64,000 nt of DNA from Tubiluchus corallicola (taxonomy: Eukaryota > Animalia > Priapulida), in contig JAQGDQ010000350.1 in NCBI GenBank assembly GCA_030141605.1, positions 42,098 through 106,097 of the forward strand. The letters are read 5' to 3'. Position numbers and translations under genes: made by a program. This document shows positions 42,701-52,249 of this stretch, one piece after another; the stretch's first letter is position 1, and the number at the start of each line of letters is the position of its first letter. The notes beneath the pieces were generated by a model. It saw only the letters and a program-made list of their open reading frames with translations. It was not told the origin of the DNA and did no database searches.

Positions 42701-45700
42701 ATTTGGGTACATAGCAAAACGTTAATATTTTTCTTCTGTCTACAAGAATGGATGGGGAGAAAAACAGTGTCATTTGGGTACATAGCAAAACGTTAATATT
42801 TTTCTTCTGTCTACAAGAATGGATGGGGAGAAAAACAGTGTCATTTGGGTACATAGCAAAACGTTAATATTTTTCTTCTGTCTACAAGAATGGATGGGGA
42901 GAAAAACAGTGTCATTTGGGTACATAGCAAAACGTTAATATTTTTCTTCTGTCTACAAGAATGGATGGGGAGAAAAACAGTGTCATTTGGGTACATAGCA
43001 AAACGTTAATATTTTTCTTCTGTCTACAAGAATGGATGGGGAGAAAAACAGTGTCATTTGGGTACATAGCAAAACGTTAATATTTTCTTCTGTCTACAAG
43101 AATGGATGGGGAGAAAAACAGTGTCATTTGGGTACATAGCAAAACGTTAATATTTTTCTTCTGTCTACAAGAATGGATGGGGAGAAAAACAGTGTCATTT
43201 GGGTACATAGCAAAACGTTAATATTTTTCTTCTGTCTACAAGAATGGATGGGGAGAAAAACAGTGTCATTTGGGTACATAGCAAAACGTTAATATTTTTC
43301 TTCTGTCTACAAGAATGGATGGGGAGAAAAACAGTGTCATTTGGGTACATAGCAAAACGTTAATATTTTTCTTCTGTCTACAAGAATGGATGGGGAGAAA
43401 AACAGTGTCATTTGGGTACATAGCAAAACGTTAATATTTTTCTTCTGTCTACAAGAATGGATGGGGAGAAAAACAGTGTCATTTGGGTACATAGCAAAAC
43501 GTTAATATTTTTCTTCTGTCTACAAGAATGGATGGGGAGAAAAACAGTGTCATTTGGGTACATAGCAAAACGTTAATATTTTTCTTCTGTCTACAAGAAT
43601 GGATGGGGAGAAAAACAGTGTCATTTGGGTACATAGCAAAACGCTAATATTTTTCTTCTGTCTACAAGAATGGATGGGGAGAAAAACAGTGTCATTTGGG
43701 TACATAGCAAAACGTTAATATTTTTATTCTGTCTACAAGAATGGATGGGGAGAAAAACAGTGTCATTTGGGTACATAGCAAAACGTTAATATTTTTCTTC
43801 TGTCTACAAGAATGGATGGGGAGAAAAACAGTGTCATTTGGGTACATAGCAAAACGTTAATATTTTTCTTCTGTCTACAAGAATGGATGGGGAGAAAAAC
43901 AGTGTCATTTGGGTACATAGCAAAACGTTAATATTTTTCTTCTGTCTACAAGAATGGATGGGGAGAAAAACAGTGTCATTTGGGTACATAGCAAAACGTT
44001 AATATTTTTCTTCTGTCTACAAGAATGGTGGGGAGAAAAACAGTGTCATTTGGGTACATAGCAAAACGTTAATATTTTTCTTCTGTCTACAAGAATTGAT
44101 GGGGAGAAAAACAGTGTCATTTGGGTACATAGCAAAACGCTAATATTTTTCTTCTGTCTACAAGAATGGATGGGGAGAAAAACAGTGTCATTTGGGTACA
44201 TAGCAAAACGTTAATATTTTTCTTCTGTCTACAAGAATGCATGGGGAGAAAAACAGTGTCATTTGGGTACATAGCAAAACGTTAATATTTTTCTTCTGTC
44301 TACAAGAATGGATGGGGAGAAAAACAGTGTCATTTGGGTACATAGCAAAACGTTAATATTTTTCTTCTGTCTACAAGAATGGATGGGGAGAAAAACAGTG
44401 TCATTTGGGTACATAGCAAAACGTTAATATTTTTCTTCTGTCTACAAGAATGGATGGGGAGAAAAACAGTGTCATTTGGGTACATAGCAAAACGTTAATA
44501 TTTTTCTTCTGTCTACAAGAATGGATGGGGAGAAAAACAGTGTCATTTGGGTACATAGCAAAACGTTAATATTTTTCTTCTGTCTACAAGAATGGATGGG
44601 GAGAAAAACAGTGTCATTTGGGTACATAGCAAAACGTTAATATTTTTCTTCTGTCTACAAGAATGGATGGGGAGAAAAACAGTGTCATTTGGGTACATAG
44701 CAAAACGTTAATATTTTTCTTCTGTCTACAAGAATGGATGGGGAGAAAAACAGTGTCATTTGGGTACATAGCAAAACGTTAATATTTTTCTTCTGTCTAC
44801 AAGAATGGATGGGGAGAAAAACAGTGTCATTTGGGTACATAGCAAAACGTTAATATTTTTCTTCTGTCTACAAGAATGGATGGGGAGAAAAACAGTGTCA
44901 TTTGGGTACATAGCAAAACGTTAATATTTTTCTTCTGTCTACAAGAATGGATGGGGAGAAAAACAGTGTCATTTGGGTACATAGCAAAACGTTAATATTT
45001 TTCTTCTGTCTACAAGAATGGATGGGGAGAAAAACAGTGTCATTTGGGTACATAGCAAAACGTTAATATTTTTCTTCTGTCTACAAGAATGGATGGGGAG
45101 AAAAACAGTGTCATTTGGGTACATAGCAAAACGTTAATATTTTTCTTCTGTCTACAAGAATGGATGGGGAGAAAAACAGTGTCATTTGGGTACATAGCAA
45201 AACGTTAATATTTTTCTTCTGTCTACAAGAATAGATGGGGAGAAAAACAGTGTCATTTGGGTACATAGCAAAACGTTAATATTTTTCTCCTGTCTACAAG
45301 AATGGATGGGGAGAAAAACAGTGTCATTTGGGTACATAGCAAAACGTTAATATTTTTCTTCTGTCTACTTTTGACTGCAGTGTAAATGAAACTCTTCTTC
45401 TAATCCCCAAACTTAGTCTCCTCCAGTAGAAAAAGCTAATGACACACTTGCTGCAGGTTTTAACAATAGTGACAAACAATATTATAGATTTATCTGACTT
45501 CATTTGTCATTTATTTTTTGATTTGAAACTTCTGACCTAATCTAAGACAATGACCTAAATTTTTTGTGTTTATACGCTAAGCATCTGTAACATTAGTGAA
45601 GTGATTTTTTAGTGATTCCATTATTTCGTTTTTTGTAATATATTTGTGAAAACATTGGCATTTTTTGCATCACCCAGTACATTGTATCTCACTGTTGTTT

Positions 45701-48700
45701 ACATTGAAAGTATGAACATTCTGAGGTCTAATTTGATGGGCTAAAAATGAACTTGATTTATAGATCATTTTGGGTGACGAAGACAGTAAATAATCTCGTA
45801 ATAAATGGAGACTACGCAGGACACACTGGCTTCTATGAAGTAAGCATAATCCTATATGCAACCTTATTAATAGCAGTAGCTTTCTGTTATGTCACTGAGG
45901 TCTGTACTTCAGGACACACTGGCTTCTATGAAGTAAGCATAATCCTATATGCAACCTTATTAATAGCAGTAGCTTTCTGTTATGTCACTGAGGTCTGTAC
46001 TTCAGGATACACTGACTTCTATGAAGTAAGCATGATCCTATATGCAACCTTATTAATAGCAGTAGCTTTCTGTTATGTCACTAAGGTCTGTACTTCAGGA
46101 CACACTGGCTTCTATGAAGTAAGCATAATCCTATATGCAACCTTATTAATAGCAGTAGCTTTCTGTTATGTCACTGAGGTCTGTACGCAGGACACACTGA
46201 CTTCTATGAAGTAAGCATAATCCTATATGCAACCTTATTAATAGCAGTAGCTTTCTGTTATGTCACTAAGGTCTGTACTTCAGGACACACTGACTTCTAT
46301 GAAGTAAGCATAATCCTATATGCAACCTTATTAATAGCAGTAGCTTTCTGTTATGTCACTAAGGTCTGTACTTCAGGACACACTGACTTCTATGAAGTAA
46401 GCATGATCCTATATGCAACCTTATTAATAGCAGTAGCTTTCTGTTATGTCACTAAGGTCTGTACTTCAGGACACACTGACTTCTATGAAGTAAGCATGAT
46501 CCTATATGCAACCTTATTAATAGCAGTAGCTTTCTGTTATGTCACTGAGGTCTGTACTTCAGGACACACTGACTTCTATGAAGTAAGCATCATCCTATAT
46601 GCAACCTTATTAATAGCAGTAGCTTTCTGTTATGTCACTAAGGTCTGTACTTCAGGATACACTGACTTTTATGAAGTAAGCATGATCCTATATGCAACCT
46701 TATTAATAGCAGTAGCTTTCTGTTATGTCACTAAGGTCTGTACTTCAGGACACACTGGCTTCTATGAAGTAAGCATAATCCTATATGCAACCTAATAGTT
46801 GTAAGGCCCATGTCATACAGAGAAAGGTGCACCAGGAGAAACCCATTATACATAATCCATCTCCCATCAGGCATCTTCCATCTTCCATTAGGCATATATC
46901 ATGATCTGCTGTATACATCTTACTCTATGTAAATAGCAAGGCCACAATACGTTTCTACAATTCACTCACGTAATTGCAGTATTAATGGAATGGTCGCAAT
47001 AACCCATTCCACAGTTTTGCTATGTGCATGAGCAGTTTCTGTAGGTCAAAGGTTGATTGTACCACAGCAACGTGTCTTAACTACAGCCGTCATGTGACGT
47101 ATGGGTAATGCAAAGCCGTCTGCTGCAAAAATTCCGTTATGTCAGTTGTTTTACGTGAACTTTGTTTATTAATTATGCCTTAGAGTGATTTACCAGCAAA
47201 ATCTTGCTTGGGAACAAGAAAAAATGAACTAGGCAAGGTTGCAGGTAGCCGCTAAAACATGCTAGAACTCTAACAATTACAATAGCATGGGCTGGGAGGC
47301 GTTGTCAAGCGTCTCATACACAAATGTGTTGTCTCATACACTTAACCTTTGACCTTTTCACAATCATCCTCTATCGCTGGAACTGTAAAAAGAATTATTT
47401 GAGTTATCAAATCAAGGCAGCAGCACGATCTGAGACCTCACACGTCTGAAAATCATTTCAACTTTTTCCCAGCAGATGACACCACGTGCTTTGCATAATA
47501 TGTCAGAGTAAAGTATTTACAATATCATTGTCTTTCCATTTGCAAAAACCATGTAAGCTTAAGTGCAAATTTATCACTTCATTTTGTACCATTTTTAACA
47601 AGACTTCTTGATTCGTTTGTTGCTCTATTTTAGATAAAAGATGTTAATAGCATGTGGGATTACTTATTAAACACACTGGAGCCGAGTTTATTCATGGAGA
47701 ATGATGATCCAGTTGCTCCTGGATTCACCCGAGACTCATCCACCTGGCTTGTTGGTGTAGTGAGACTTAGACAGCTTCGTATAGCTAAAGGTTTTTACAT
47801 AATCGTCTCGTGTTATAAAAAATTATTTGTGATTTGCAATAGCATTTGAGTGTGTTGATGACATTAAATACGTAAGCACCATGTTATCCGTAAAACTACA
47901 TTTTGCAAGAACTTAAATTGTGTTATTTTAATTCATTTGGTTTTCACAAGTCTGCGCCAATGTGCTGTGTTCGCTGGTAGTGCCACTACTAAAATTAAGC
48001 CGGGTTTTCAGGAGGTCAGGACGTTTTTGCGACAATTCAAAATTTTCTGTGTTTTGTGGCAAATTGTTTCCTGTGCAGTTCATGTGACTTTTGACGCTCT
48101 TTGGTGAATTTCAGGCTTTTTCTTGAGTGAAACTCATGAGAATGTAGCACGAGCTTCGCATGACATGTTTGGTTAATTTTGCGACACTTAAGTTGACAAA
48201 TGTCGCTCGACATTCGCACAAGTATTCTGTGATCATTTCATGAAATTTGCACGAGAATTTTCGTAGGAAAAGTGTGAGACAACCCAGACAGCTCGCCAAA
48301 ATGTCGCAAAATGGTCGCACAAAGGTAGTCACAAAGTCGTGGCAACATCCTCAAACGAACATGGCAAAATGTTCGCCAACTTGTCCCGGGTCCTGAAATG
48401 TCGCGGCAATTTGACGACAAATTTGCAAACGTCTGGTGAATGTTACGACAACTTTATGACAGTTTTACGAAGTTTTGGCAAAGTTGCGAGTTTTGCGACC
48501 ACGGCGACCAATTCTAAACATTTTAAATTTTTTGGCAAAGTCGGCAGAAACCCGCGAGTGTTTTGTGACTATTTGGTGATTTTTAGTTAAGCGCCAAAGT
48601 CGCGAACCCCATGAAAGCCTGGGTTTAGTAACACTGGAGAAAGCACACTACAGTCAACCCTCGTTAAACTGGACTAATTGGGGGGGGGTCCAGTTTAGCC

Positions 48701-51595
48701 GATTGTCCGATTTATCCGATATGTCTATATATGGTCTACATTATACAGGAATAATCACCTTAATAAGGCCTATATACATTGCACTATATACTGTGCACTA
48801 TATACTATACTGTATATTAATGTAAAATAGTTAACCTGTGTGAATAGAATAAAGAAATTATTGTACAGTTTAAATAAAAATGGCTTCGGCCCGTCAATGG
48901 CTCGTGGTGAGTTGGTAGGCCGTGTTGTGTTTAGCGATCTGGCTCGGCTGGAAATCGGCCAGTATCCTTTACCACGGTTGACGTCCGTCGTTTCCAATAT
49001 CCGGGCTAACGGGATCCGGTTTATCGAGGGTCGACTGTATTTTGAAGATAATTAGTAGTGATAATTTATAATTCATTACTGTTTCTGAGTAACGCTGTAA
49101 TGGCACTACAGCAGTACATTTAAATCTTGCCGTTGACAGTTAATGTCTTCGAAACTCATCTGTGTTTTCATAGCAGCTGAAGATTTCCACAGGTTTAGTC
49201 AACTGTGTACTTGCAGTTATAATGATCTCGGGCACAGTAAAGCAGCACTTTGATACGTCACGTGCCTGGGTGGTCGTTGCTATTCCCTGTGACTCTGTGA
49301 CGCTCTTGAAAATATTTCACCCAGAAGTGAACTGTTTTTGCTTAGTGATGCCCAGGGCAGATTTTTGTGCCCTATGGAACACCCTGTACCTTCTCTCCCA
49401 GCTCTCTGGTCACCACGTGTATCTCTGCTCAAAGCGTACATATTATTTGATACAAATTATGCAACATTATATATAAAACAAACTCTGTTGCTCTATATAG
49501 GTTTACGTCCCATAAATTCTTCACTCAGTTCAAAAGGAAATTTTAATTAAAATCATTTATTTGACTGAAAAATGTATCATATGTGCCTACAGAGCAAACA
49601 GTTGACCAAAATTTGTTTTTAATAACATTCATTTCACGATTCTTAAACCATTCATTTCATGGCAAAAAAAGAATTGCAAAGTTTGTTAAAATGGCTCATT
49701 TTACAATCTTTTGTTGCATAATGAGCAGCTAATAAATTTTTTTATCTTTTTTTTAGAAAAACCCATATTTTCTATTTTTAGTTGGTGACATCGTTTTCGG
49801 TTAAAACTTCCAAAAACTTGTTAACAATTGTGTTCATGCGGCACCACAGTTTACTTTGGATAAGTTTTATGTTGTCAGACATTCATGATAAAATGTTTAA
49901 CTCTTTGCTACAAGAAGAAAAGCCACAATGATAAGATGTTTGATATCTTTATCCTTTTCTCAACTTTCACAAAAATTATTTCAGCATTTGCATTTATTCT
50001 AGGTTTGTGTAAACCTCCTCGGATAGTACAGCCATTTGGACGGCGGTGTGTCGGCAGCTATTACTGGCCGCTGCAGGATAAGGTGTCGTATCGTTCCGGG
50101 TGGCGCTACCGACAGTACCCGAGGTATCCTCCTGATCAGTGGACATTTCAGTCAACCACTGAGTTAGAGACATTACCACTAGTAGGCAAGTAAACTTAAA
50201 CATTGTTAAACGTTATGACCAGGTATCAATACAGAAATGCACAGTTTATTAGTAGTACCATGCTTAAGTGCGTTTCATGGCTTAATTGGATACTCTGCAT
50301 AAAAACGAATACCTCAAACTGCTGTCATTGTCAAATAAACCGTTAAAATGTTTACAAAAATGCACTGCTGTATTATAACCATCAAAATAATGCTTCATAA
50401 TGACTTTGATAACTAAGTCAATTTTATTCCTAATAAAATTCATGCTAAACTAGTAATGCTAAGCTGATGTATCTCCAATTGTTGTCTAATTATTGATTTT
50501 TTCACAGGTCGTTTCGCTGTGTACAGTGGCGGAGGCTACGTACAAGAACTAACACGCAACACGACCGAAAACAGACAAATATTCAATCGCCTGATTAACT
50601 CGCGCTGGATCGATGACCAAACTCGTGCTGTGATGATCGAATTCACTCTTTTCAGTGTTAATTCACAGCTATTCAGCATCGTCAGTCTGATGGTGGAGTT
50701 CCACGGGACAGGTGGAATTTTCCCCTATCAGTCCATATTCACTCTGAACCTATACAAGTACGTTCAGTCGAGTGCTTTGTCTCTACTTGCAAGCGAGGTG
50801 ATCTATGTCTTGCTTCTGCTTATTTTCATCTACCGTGAAGTCAAGAAGATTTATAACAAACGAATGAAATACTTCAGCAAATTCTGGAACTGGTTGGATC
50901 TTGCCATTGTGCTGCTATCCATCGTATGCATCATCTTGTTCACAAAAAAGGCGATAGTCGTGAGAAAATTACTAGAGCGGTACTCCAAAAGTGATAAATC
51001 CGTGTTCATCAGCTTCTACGAAGCCGCATTGTTAGATTTCTCGCTGACGGGTGGGTTGGCGTTGTTAGTTGTCTTGGTAACCATCAAACTATGGCATGTT
51101 CTCATCTTCAGCCGTGTCATGTCAGTGTATTTTTTCAGTCTAGCGCTGTCGATGAAACCGCTGTTGCATTTTTGTTTGTTTCTGCTTTTTACCTTACTAC
51201 CGTTTGCAATGTTTGGGATGTTAGTATTTGGTCTGGAAGCGAGGCAATTTACCACATTCATCTTGAGTCTTGAAACTTTGTTTAACATGATCGTGCGGGC
51301 TGAAGAGTTTAAAGTTTTCGAAGCCGCACATTCGAGCCTTGGCCCGTTGTTTTTCACTATCTACACGATGTTCTCTCTCATATACGTGTTGGGTATATTC
51401 AAGGTACTTCTTATGCATTCGTACGACTCCATGGTGAAACAGATGAAACATAAACGACATTACGACATTGCCGAGTACATAGCCAAGCGAGTGTCTTCAC
51501 TCACACGATTCAATCAAATCAAGCAAGCTCGAATAAGACGTCGACAGTCAAGAAAAATTAGTCAATCGCTGGATATTGAAGAAATTTATGCTTGA
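597..51595 (+). CDS. PKD1L: Polycystin-1-like (PKD1L/REJ family) gene, 5'-partial, 26 exons, ~1948 aa in window
   Basis: All 26 exons join in frame with GT(GC)-AG sites. Family motifs: GPS (CLYWN..W...[15 protein letters not shown]), PLAT after TM1, [66 protein letters not shown]. Exact subfamily not resolvable by eye. Confidence 0.95.
830..1243. repeat. 47-bp minisatellite, ~9 copies
   Basis: unit TTATCAGTTGACTCAAGGTAGCATTCTGAAATGTCCAATGTAACGTA. Confidence 0.95.
1734..2739. mobile_element. Degenerate hAT-like MITE split by a LINE-tail-like insertion
   Basis: CAGGGCCGTCTTAA ... TTAAGAAGGCATTG imperfect TIR; inner segment ends AATAAA-(TCTATG)n at ~2650; no clear TSD. Confidence 0.4.
3387..3490 (+). 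CDS. PKD1L exon 2 ([16 protein letters not shown]...)
   Basis: ttacag|GTA ... CA|gtaagt; phase 0-2 fits both neighbours. Confidence 0.75.
3898..4027 (+). CDS. PKD1L exon 3 ([14 protein letters not shown]...)
   Basis: ttacag|G ... CAG|gttgat; phase 2-0. Confidence 0.75.
5379..5529 (+). CDS. PKD1L exon 4 ([15 protein letters not shown]...)
   Basis: tttcag|ATG ... G|gtgagc; phase 0-1. Confidence 0.8.
5772..6411. mobile_element. Degenerate Tc1/pogo-type MITE
   Basis: TA-CAGTGTACGCTCACT ... AGTGAGGGAACACCG-TA; CpG-richer subterminal regions. Confidence 0.6.
6778..6869 (+). CDS. PKD1L exon 5 ([15 protein letters not shown]...)
   Basis: tttag|GT ... GAG|gtagaa; phase 1-0. Confidence 0.8.
8080..8233 (+). 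CDS. PKD1L exon 6 ([13 protein letters not shown]...TPVASIAI)
   Basis: ttacag|CTG ... G|gtaatc; NP(F/Y)xW motif typical of polycystin GAIN. Confidence 0.85.
8797..9320. repeat. 71-bp minisatellite, ~7.5 copies, ending at the exon 7 acceptor
   Basis: unit AACAATGCTTTTATTTACTGGTTTGTCTAGACTTGCCGTATGTCATTAAAACATTTAAAATTATCACAACT. Confidence 0.95.
9321..9463 (+). CDS. PKD1L exon 7 ([14 protein letters not shown]...)
   Basis: gtctag|AC ... AAG|gtaact; phase 1-0. Confidence 0.8.
9947..10934 (+). CDS. PKD1L exon 8: GAIN-B strands followed by a ~240-aa Cys-rich insertion
   Basis: ttacag|GTT ... G|gtgagt; 988 nt open, GC-richer than flanks; RPVIDDYD and TYQIGI GAIN motifs, then 36 Cys. Confidence 0.9.
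12628..12778 (+). CDS. PKD1L exon 9: extra (ectodomain) PLAT, part 1
   Basis: ttgcag|CC ... AG|gtaaaa; [34 protein letters not shown] matches PLAT consensus. Confidence 0.9.
12954..13408. mobile_element. piggyBac-type MITE
   Basis: TTAA flanks; CCCTTTCA/TGAAAGGG termini; two internal GTATCCCACGGGATAC near-palindromes. Confidence 0.8.
14157..14259 (+). CDS. PKD1L exon 10: extra PLAT, part 2
   Basis: tttcag|A ... AAG|gtgact; [30 protein letters not shown]. Confidence 0.9.
15574..16130. repeat. 17-bp minisatellite with variant units
   Basis: CTTGGTGTA(A/C/T)CACTGCT and CTTGGTGTACCAGCATT; decays toward the 3' end. Confidence 0.95.
16327..16447 (+). CDS. PKD1L exon 11: extra PLAT, part 3
   Basis: ccgtag|ATA ... 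G|gtaagc; [14 protein letters not shown] matches the PLAT C-terminal CxxWL. Confidence 0.85.
16497..16750. repeat. Compound (TG)n microsatellite
   Basis: TG/TGCA/TGCG runs. Confidence 0.95.
17221..19413. repeat. 43-bp minisatellite, ~51 copies, palindromic unit
   Basis: unit TACTGTAACTATACTTAGCAGTACATAAGATTATGTACCCCAG. Confidence 0.97.
19752..19855 (+). CDS. PKD1L exon 12: GPS first half
   Basis: ttgtag|CG ... AGG|gtaaaa; [27 protein letters not shown]. Confidence 0.95.
20806..21036 (+). CDS. PKD1L exon 13: GPS cleavage motif, stalk and TM1
   Basis: ttgcag|GTT ... CAG|gtttgt; [22 protein letters not shown], hydrophobic TM, RSKDK. Confidence 0.95.
21115..21518. mobile_element. Degenerate piggyBac-type MITE
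   Basis: TTAA-CCCTT ... AAGGG-TTAA; imperfect 13-bp TIR. Confidence 0.55.
21664..22380. repeat. 46-bp minisatellite, ~15 copies
   Basis: unit TGTACGCTAAGACTTTACCTGCCAAGGTAG(C/T)TTGGATACATTCAAA. Confidence 0.96.
23134..23254 (+). CDS. PKD1L exon 14: canonical cytoplasmic PLAT, part 1
   Basis: ttacag|GTT ... G|gtgagt; [36 protein letters not shown]. Confidence 0.95.
23880..24870 (+). mobile_element. Degenerate 3' end of an L2/CR1-group LINE, interrupted by a MITE
   Basis: [22 protein letters not shown]...MHNYNT resembles the post-RT C-terminus of L2/Crack/Daphne ORF2; frameshifted. Confidence 0.5.
24095..24343. mobile_element. hAT-type MITE (249 bp)
   Basis: 14-bp TIR CAGGGCCTATTTCA/TGAAATAGGTCCTG (1 mismatch); perfect 8-bp TSD ACTATGAC. 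Confidence 0.9.
25117..25276 (+). CDS. PKD1L exon 15: canonical PLAT, part 2
   Basis: ttctag|GG ... TG|gtaagt; [30 protein letters not shown]. Confidence 0.95.
25496..26134 (+). mobile_element. 5'-truncated RTE-clade LINE fragment
   Basis: [61 protein letters not shown]; (GAA)n tail; 10-bp TSD AAGATTGAAC at 25496-25505 and 26125-26134. Confidence 0.92.
26434..27310. repeat. 9/18-bp GTGAG-based minisatellite
   Basis: GTGAGCTGG-GTGAGTTGT and variants. Confidence 0.96.
27408..27546 (+). CDS. PKD1L exon 16: canonical PLAT, part 3
   Basis: ttacag|G ... CAA|gtatgt; [23 protein letters not shown]. Confidence 0.95.
28499..28606 (+). CDS. PKD1L exon 17 ([21 protein letters not shown])
   Basis: ttgcag|ACT ... 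CAG|gttaga; family signature motif. Confidence 0.95.
28915..29185 (+). repeat. Old degenerate ~65-bp tandem repeat overlapping the start of exon 18
   Basis: GCACAT(T/C/A)ATGTT at 28920, 28985, 29039, 29104 and 29169. Confidence 0.75.
29125..29260 (+). CDS. PKD1L exon 18: TM2 ([21 protein letters not shown])
   Basis: tttcag|CGA ... G|gtaaga; phase 0-1. Confidence 0.92.
29386..33023 (+). repeat. 89-bp array (~41 copies) = 32 nt intron end + first 57 nt of exon 19
   Basis: unit CATGTAACTCATCATGTTTACTGTGTTTA(T/C)AG|TTATTGAGAGTGTCACTATCATCTATCCGGTGCACATATTCCTCGTGCTGTTGTTTC. Confidence 0.97.
32967..33090 (+). CDS. PKD1L exon 19: TM3 ([20 protein letters not shown]...)
   Basis: Last unit of the 89-bp array runs into unique sequence ending GG|gtaaga; matches family xIESxxIxxPxxxxIxxLFR. 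Confidence 0.88.
33220..37330. repeat. 30-bp minisatellite, ~137 copies
   Basis: unit GTATTGAGTGTTATTAACGTGGACTCTCTT. Confidence 0.98.
37346..37412 (+). CDS. PKD1L exon 20 (cytoplasmic loop)
   Basis: gcttag|A ... TCG|gtaagt; phase 2-0 is needed to bridge exons 19 and 21. Confidence 0.75.
38119..38828 (+). CDS. PKD1L exon 21: loop, TM4 and TM5
   Basis: gtaaag|GTG ... AG|gtactt; [32 protein letters not shown]. Confidence 0.93.
39037..39795. repeat. 52-bp minisatellite, ~14.5 copies
   Basis: unit GTATCTGAACACAAACTTGCTTGATTGTAGTAATTTGTGTTGATTCGACCTC. Confidence 0.96.
39870..40410. repeat. Compound TG/TGCA microsatellite
   Basis: TG-rich runs with recurring GTTCGCATGCAAG. Confidence 0.93.
40768..40906 (+). 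repeat. 69-bp tandem duplication spanning the exon 22 acceptor
   Basis: CTAATC.TCTGTTTCAG|TACCGTAAAG...CCATTGAG occurs twice. Confidence 0.95.
40854..41033 (+). CDS. PKD1L exon 22: TM6/S1 (alternative in-frame acceptor at 40785)
   Basis: tttcag|T ... AG|gtaaga; [23 protein letters not shown]. Confidence 0.9.
41679..45368. repeat. 71-bp minisatellite, ~52 copies
   Basis: unit AAGAATGGATGGGGAGAAAAACAGTGTCATTTGGGTACATAGCAAAACGTTAATATTTTTCTTCTGTCTAC. Confidence 0.98.
45764..45839 (+). CDS. PKD1L exon 23: start of TOP/polycystin domain
   Basis: ttatag|A ... GAA|gtaagc; phase 2-0; FYE joins to [11 protein letters not shown]. Confidence 0.85.
45817..46793 (+). repeat. 93-bp array (10.5 copies) = last ~23 nt of exon 23 + donor + 70 nt of intron
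   Basis: CAGGACACACTGGCTTCTATGAA|GTAAGC recurs 11 times. Confidence 0.97.
47634..47790 (+). CDS. PKD1L exon 24 (MWDYL...[11 protein letters not shown])
   Basis: ttttag|ATA ... G|gttttt; RLRQLR signature. Confidence 0.93.
47996..48627. mobile_element. Probable non-autonomous DNA transposon (PIF/Harbinger-like)
   Basis: CpG-rich block with repeated GCGAC/GTCGC motifs, imperfect inverted ends, TAA/TTA flanks. Confidence 0.45.
48651..49037. mobile_element. Tc1/pogo (Tigger-like) MITE
   Basis: TA TSD; TIR CAGTCAACCCTCGTTAAAC / GTTTATCGAGGGTCGACTG. Confidence 0.85.
50003..50185 (+). CDS. PKD1L exon 25 (TOP domain; GC donor)
   Basis: ttctag|GT ... GTAG|gcaagt; only this donor preserves [13 protein letters not shown]. 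Confidence 0.85.
50508..51595 (+). CDS. PKD1L terminal exon: polycystin channel S2-S6 and short tail
   Basis: tcacag|GT; [27 protein letters not shown]; TGA ends at 51595. Confidence 0.97.
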
Positions 51596-52249
51596 ACCTT
51601 AATTGTGGTTAAGTAAATTATTGTAGCTGCAACAAAGCATTTGGATATATATATAAACTGTGATGTGTAGGCTAGGTTTTAATATAAGGGCATCCATTAC
51701 ACACACACACGTATTATGGAAGGGTGCGATTTTTCAAAATTTATGTGGTACCGAAAATTACCTAGATTTACATTGTAATTATCTAACATTGCAAAATAAT
51801 TAGTATTCAGCATCGCATACTTTTCGACATAATTCTTGTTTTAAGCTGGTTAATTGGACTCAGTTGTGCTTGTGTTATTTTCTTTAATGCCGAAAGAAAG
51901 AGTTAAAAAGAGTGTGTTAAGTGACATTTGATGTAAGTAAGATCGAAAGAGTGGCTATGAGTTTAACCATGATTTGATAATAACTGCCTTAATTAGTCTT
52001 TTTTGGTGAGTATGATTTCCAATTATGGTCCAATTTTGTACGATTATAGTAGTGCATAATATATCATATATACATACATTCATATTTGACATATATTCAT
52101 ATATATATTATAATAGTCACTTGTCCAGTATTACTGTGATTAACTTATAACTTTCGTAGATACTATTATTATATACATTGAAATTAACTAATAGCTAATT
52201 TTTTACATATTTAGCAGATCTGTAATTTTATATAGCCATTTATTTATTT

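Noticed and set aside
29386-45368. CRISPR-like regular arrays
   Set aside because: Units are head-to-tail with no unique spacers, there are no cas genes, and the context is a spliced eukaryotic gene.
41679-45368. 71-bp array as another exon-derived acceptor array (TTTTTCTTCTGTCTACAAG)
   Set aside because: It has an acceptor-like tract, but no similarity to the flanking exons or their real splice sites, and it does not touch a junction.
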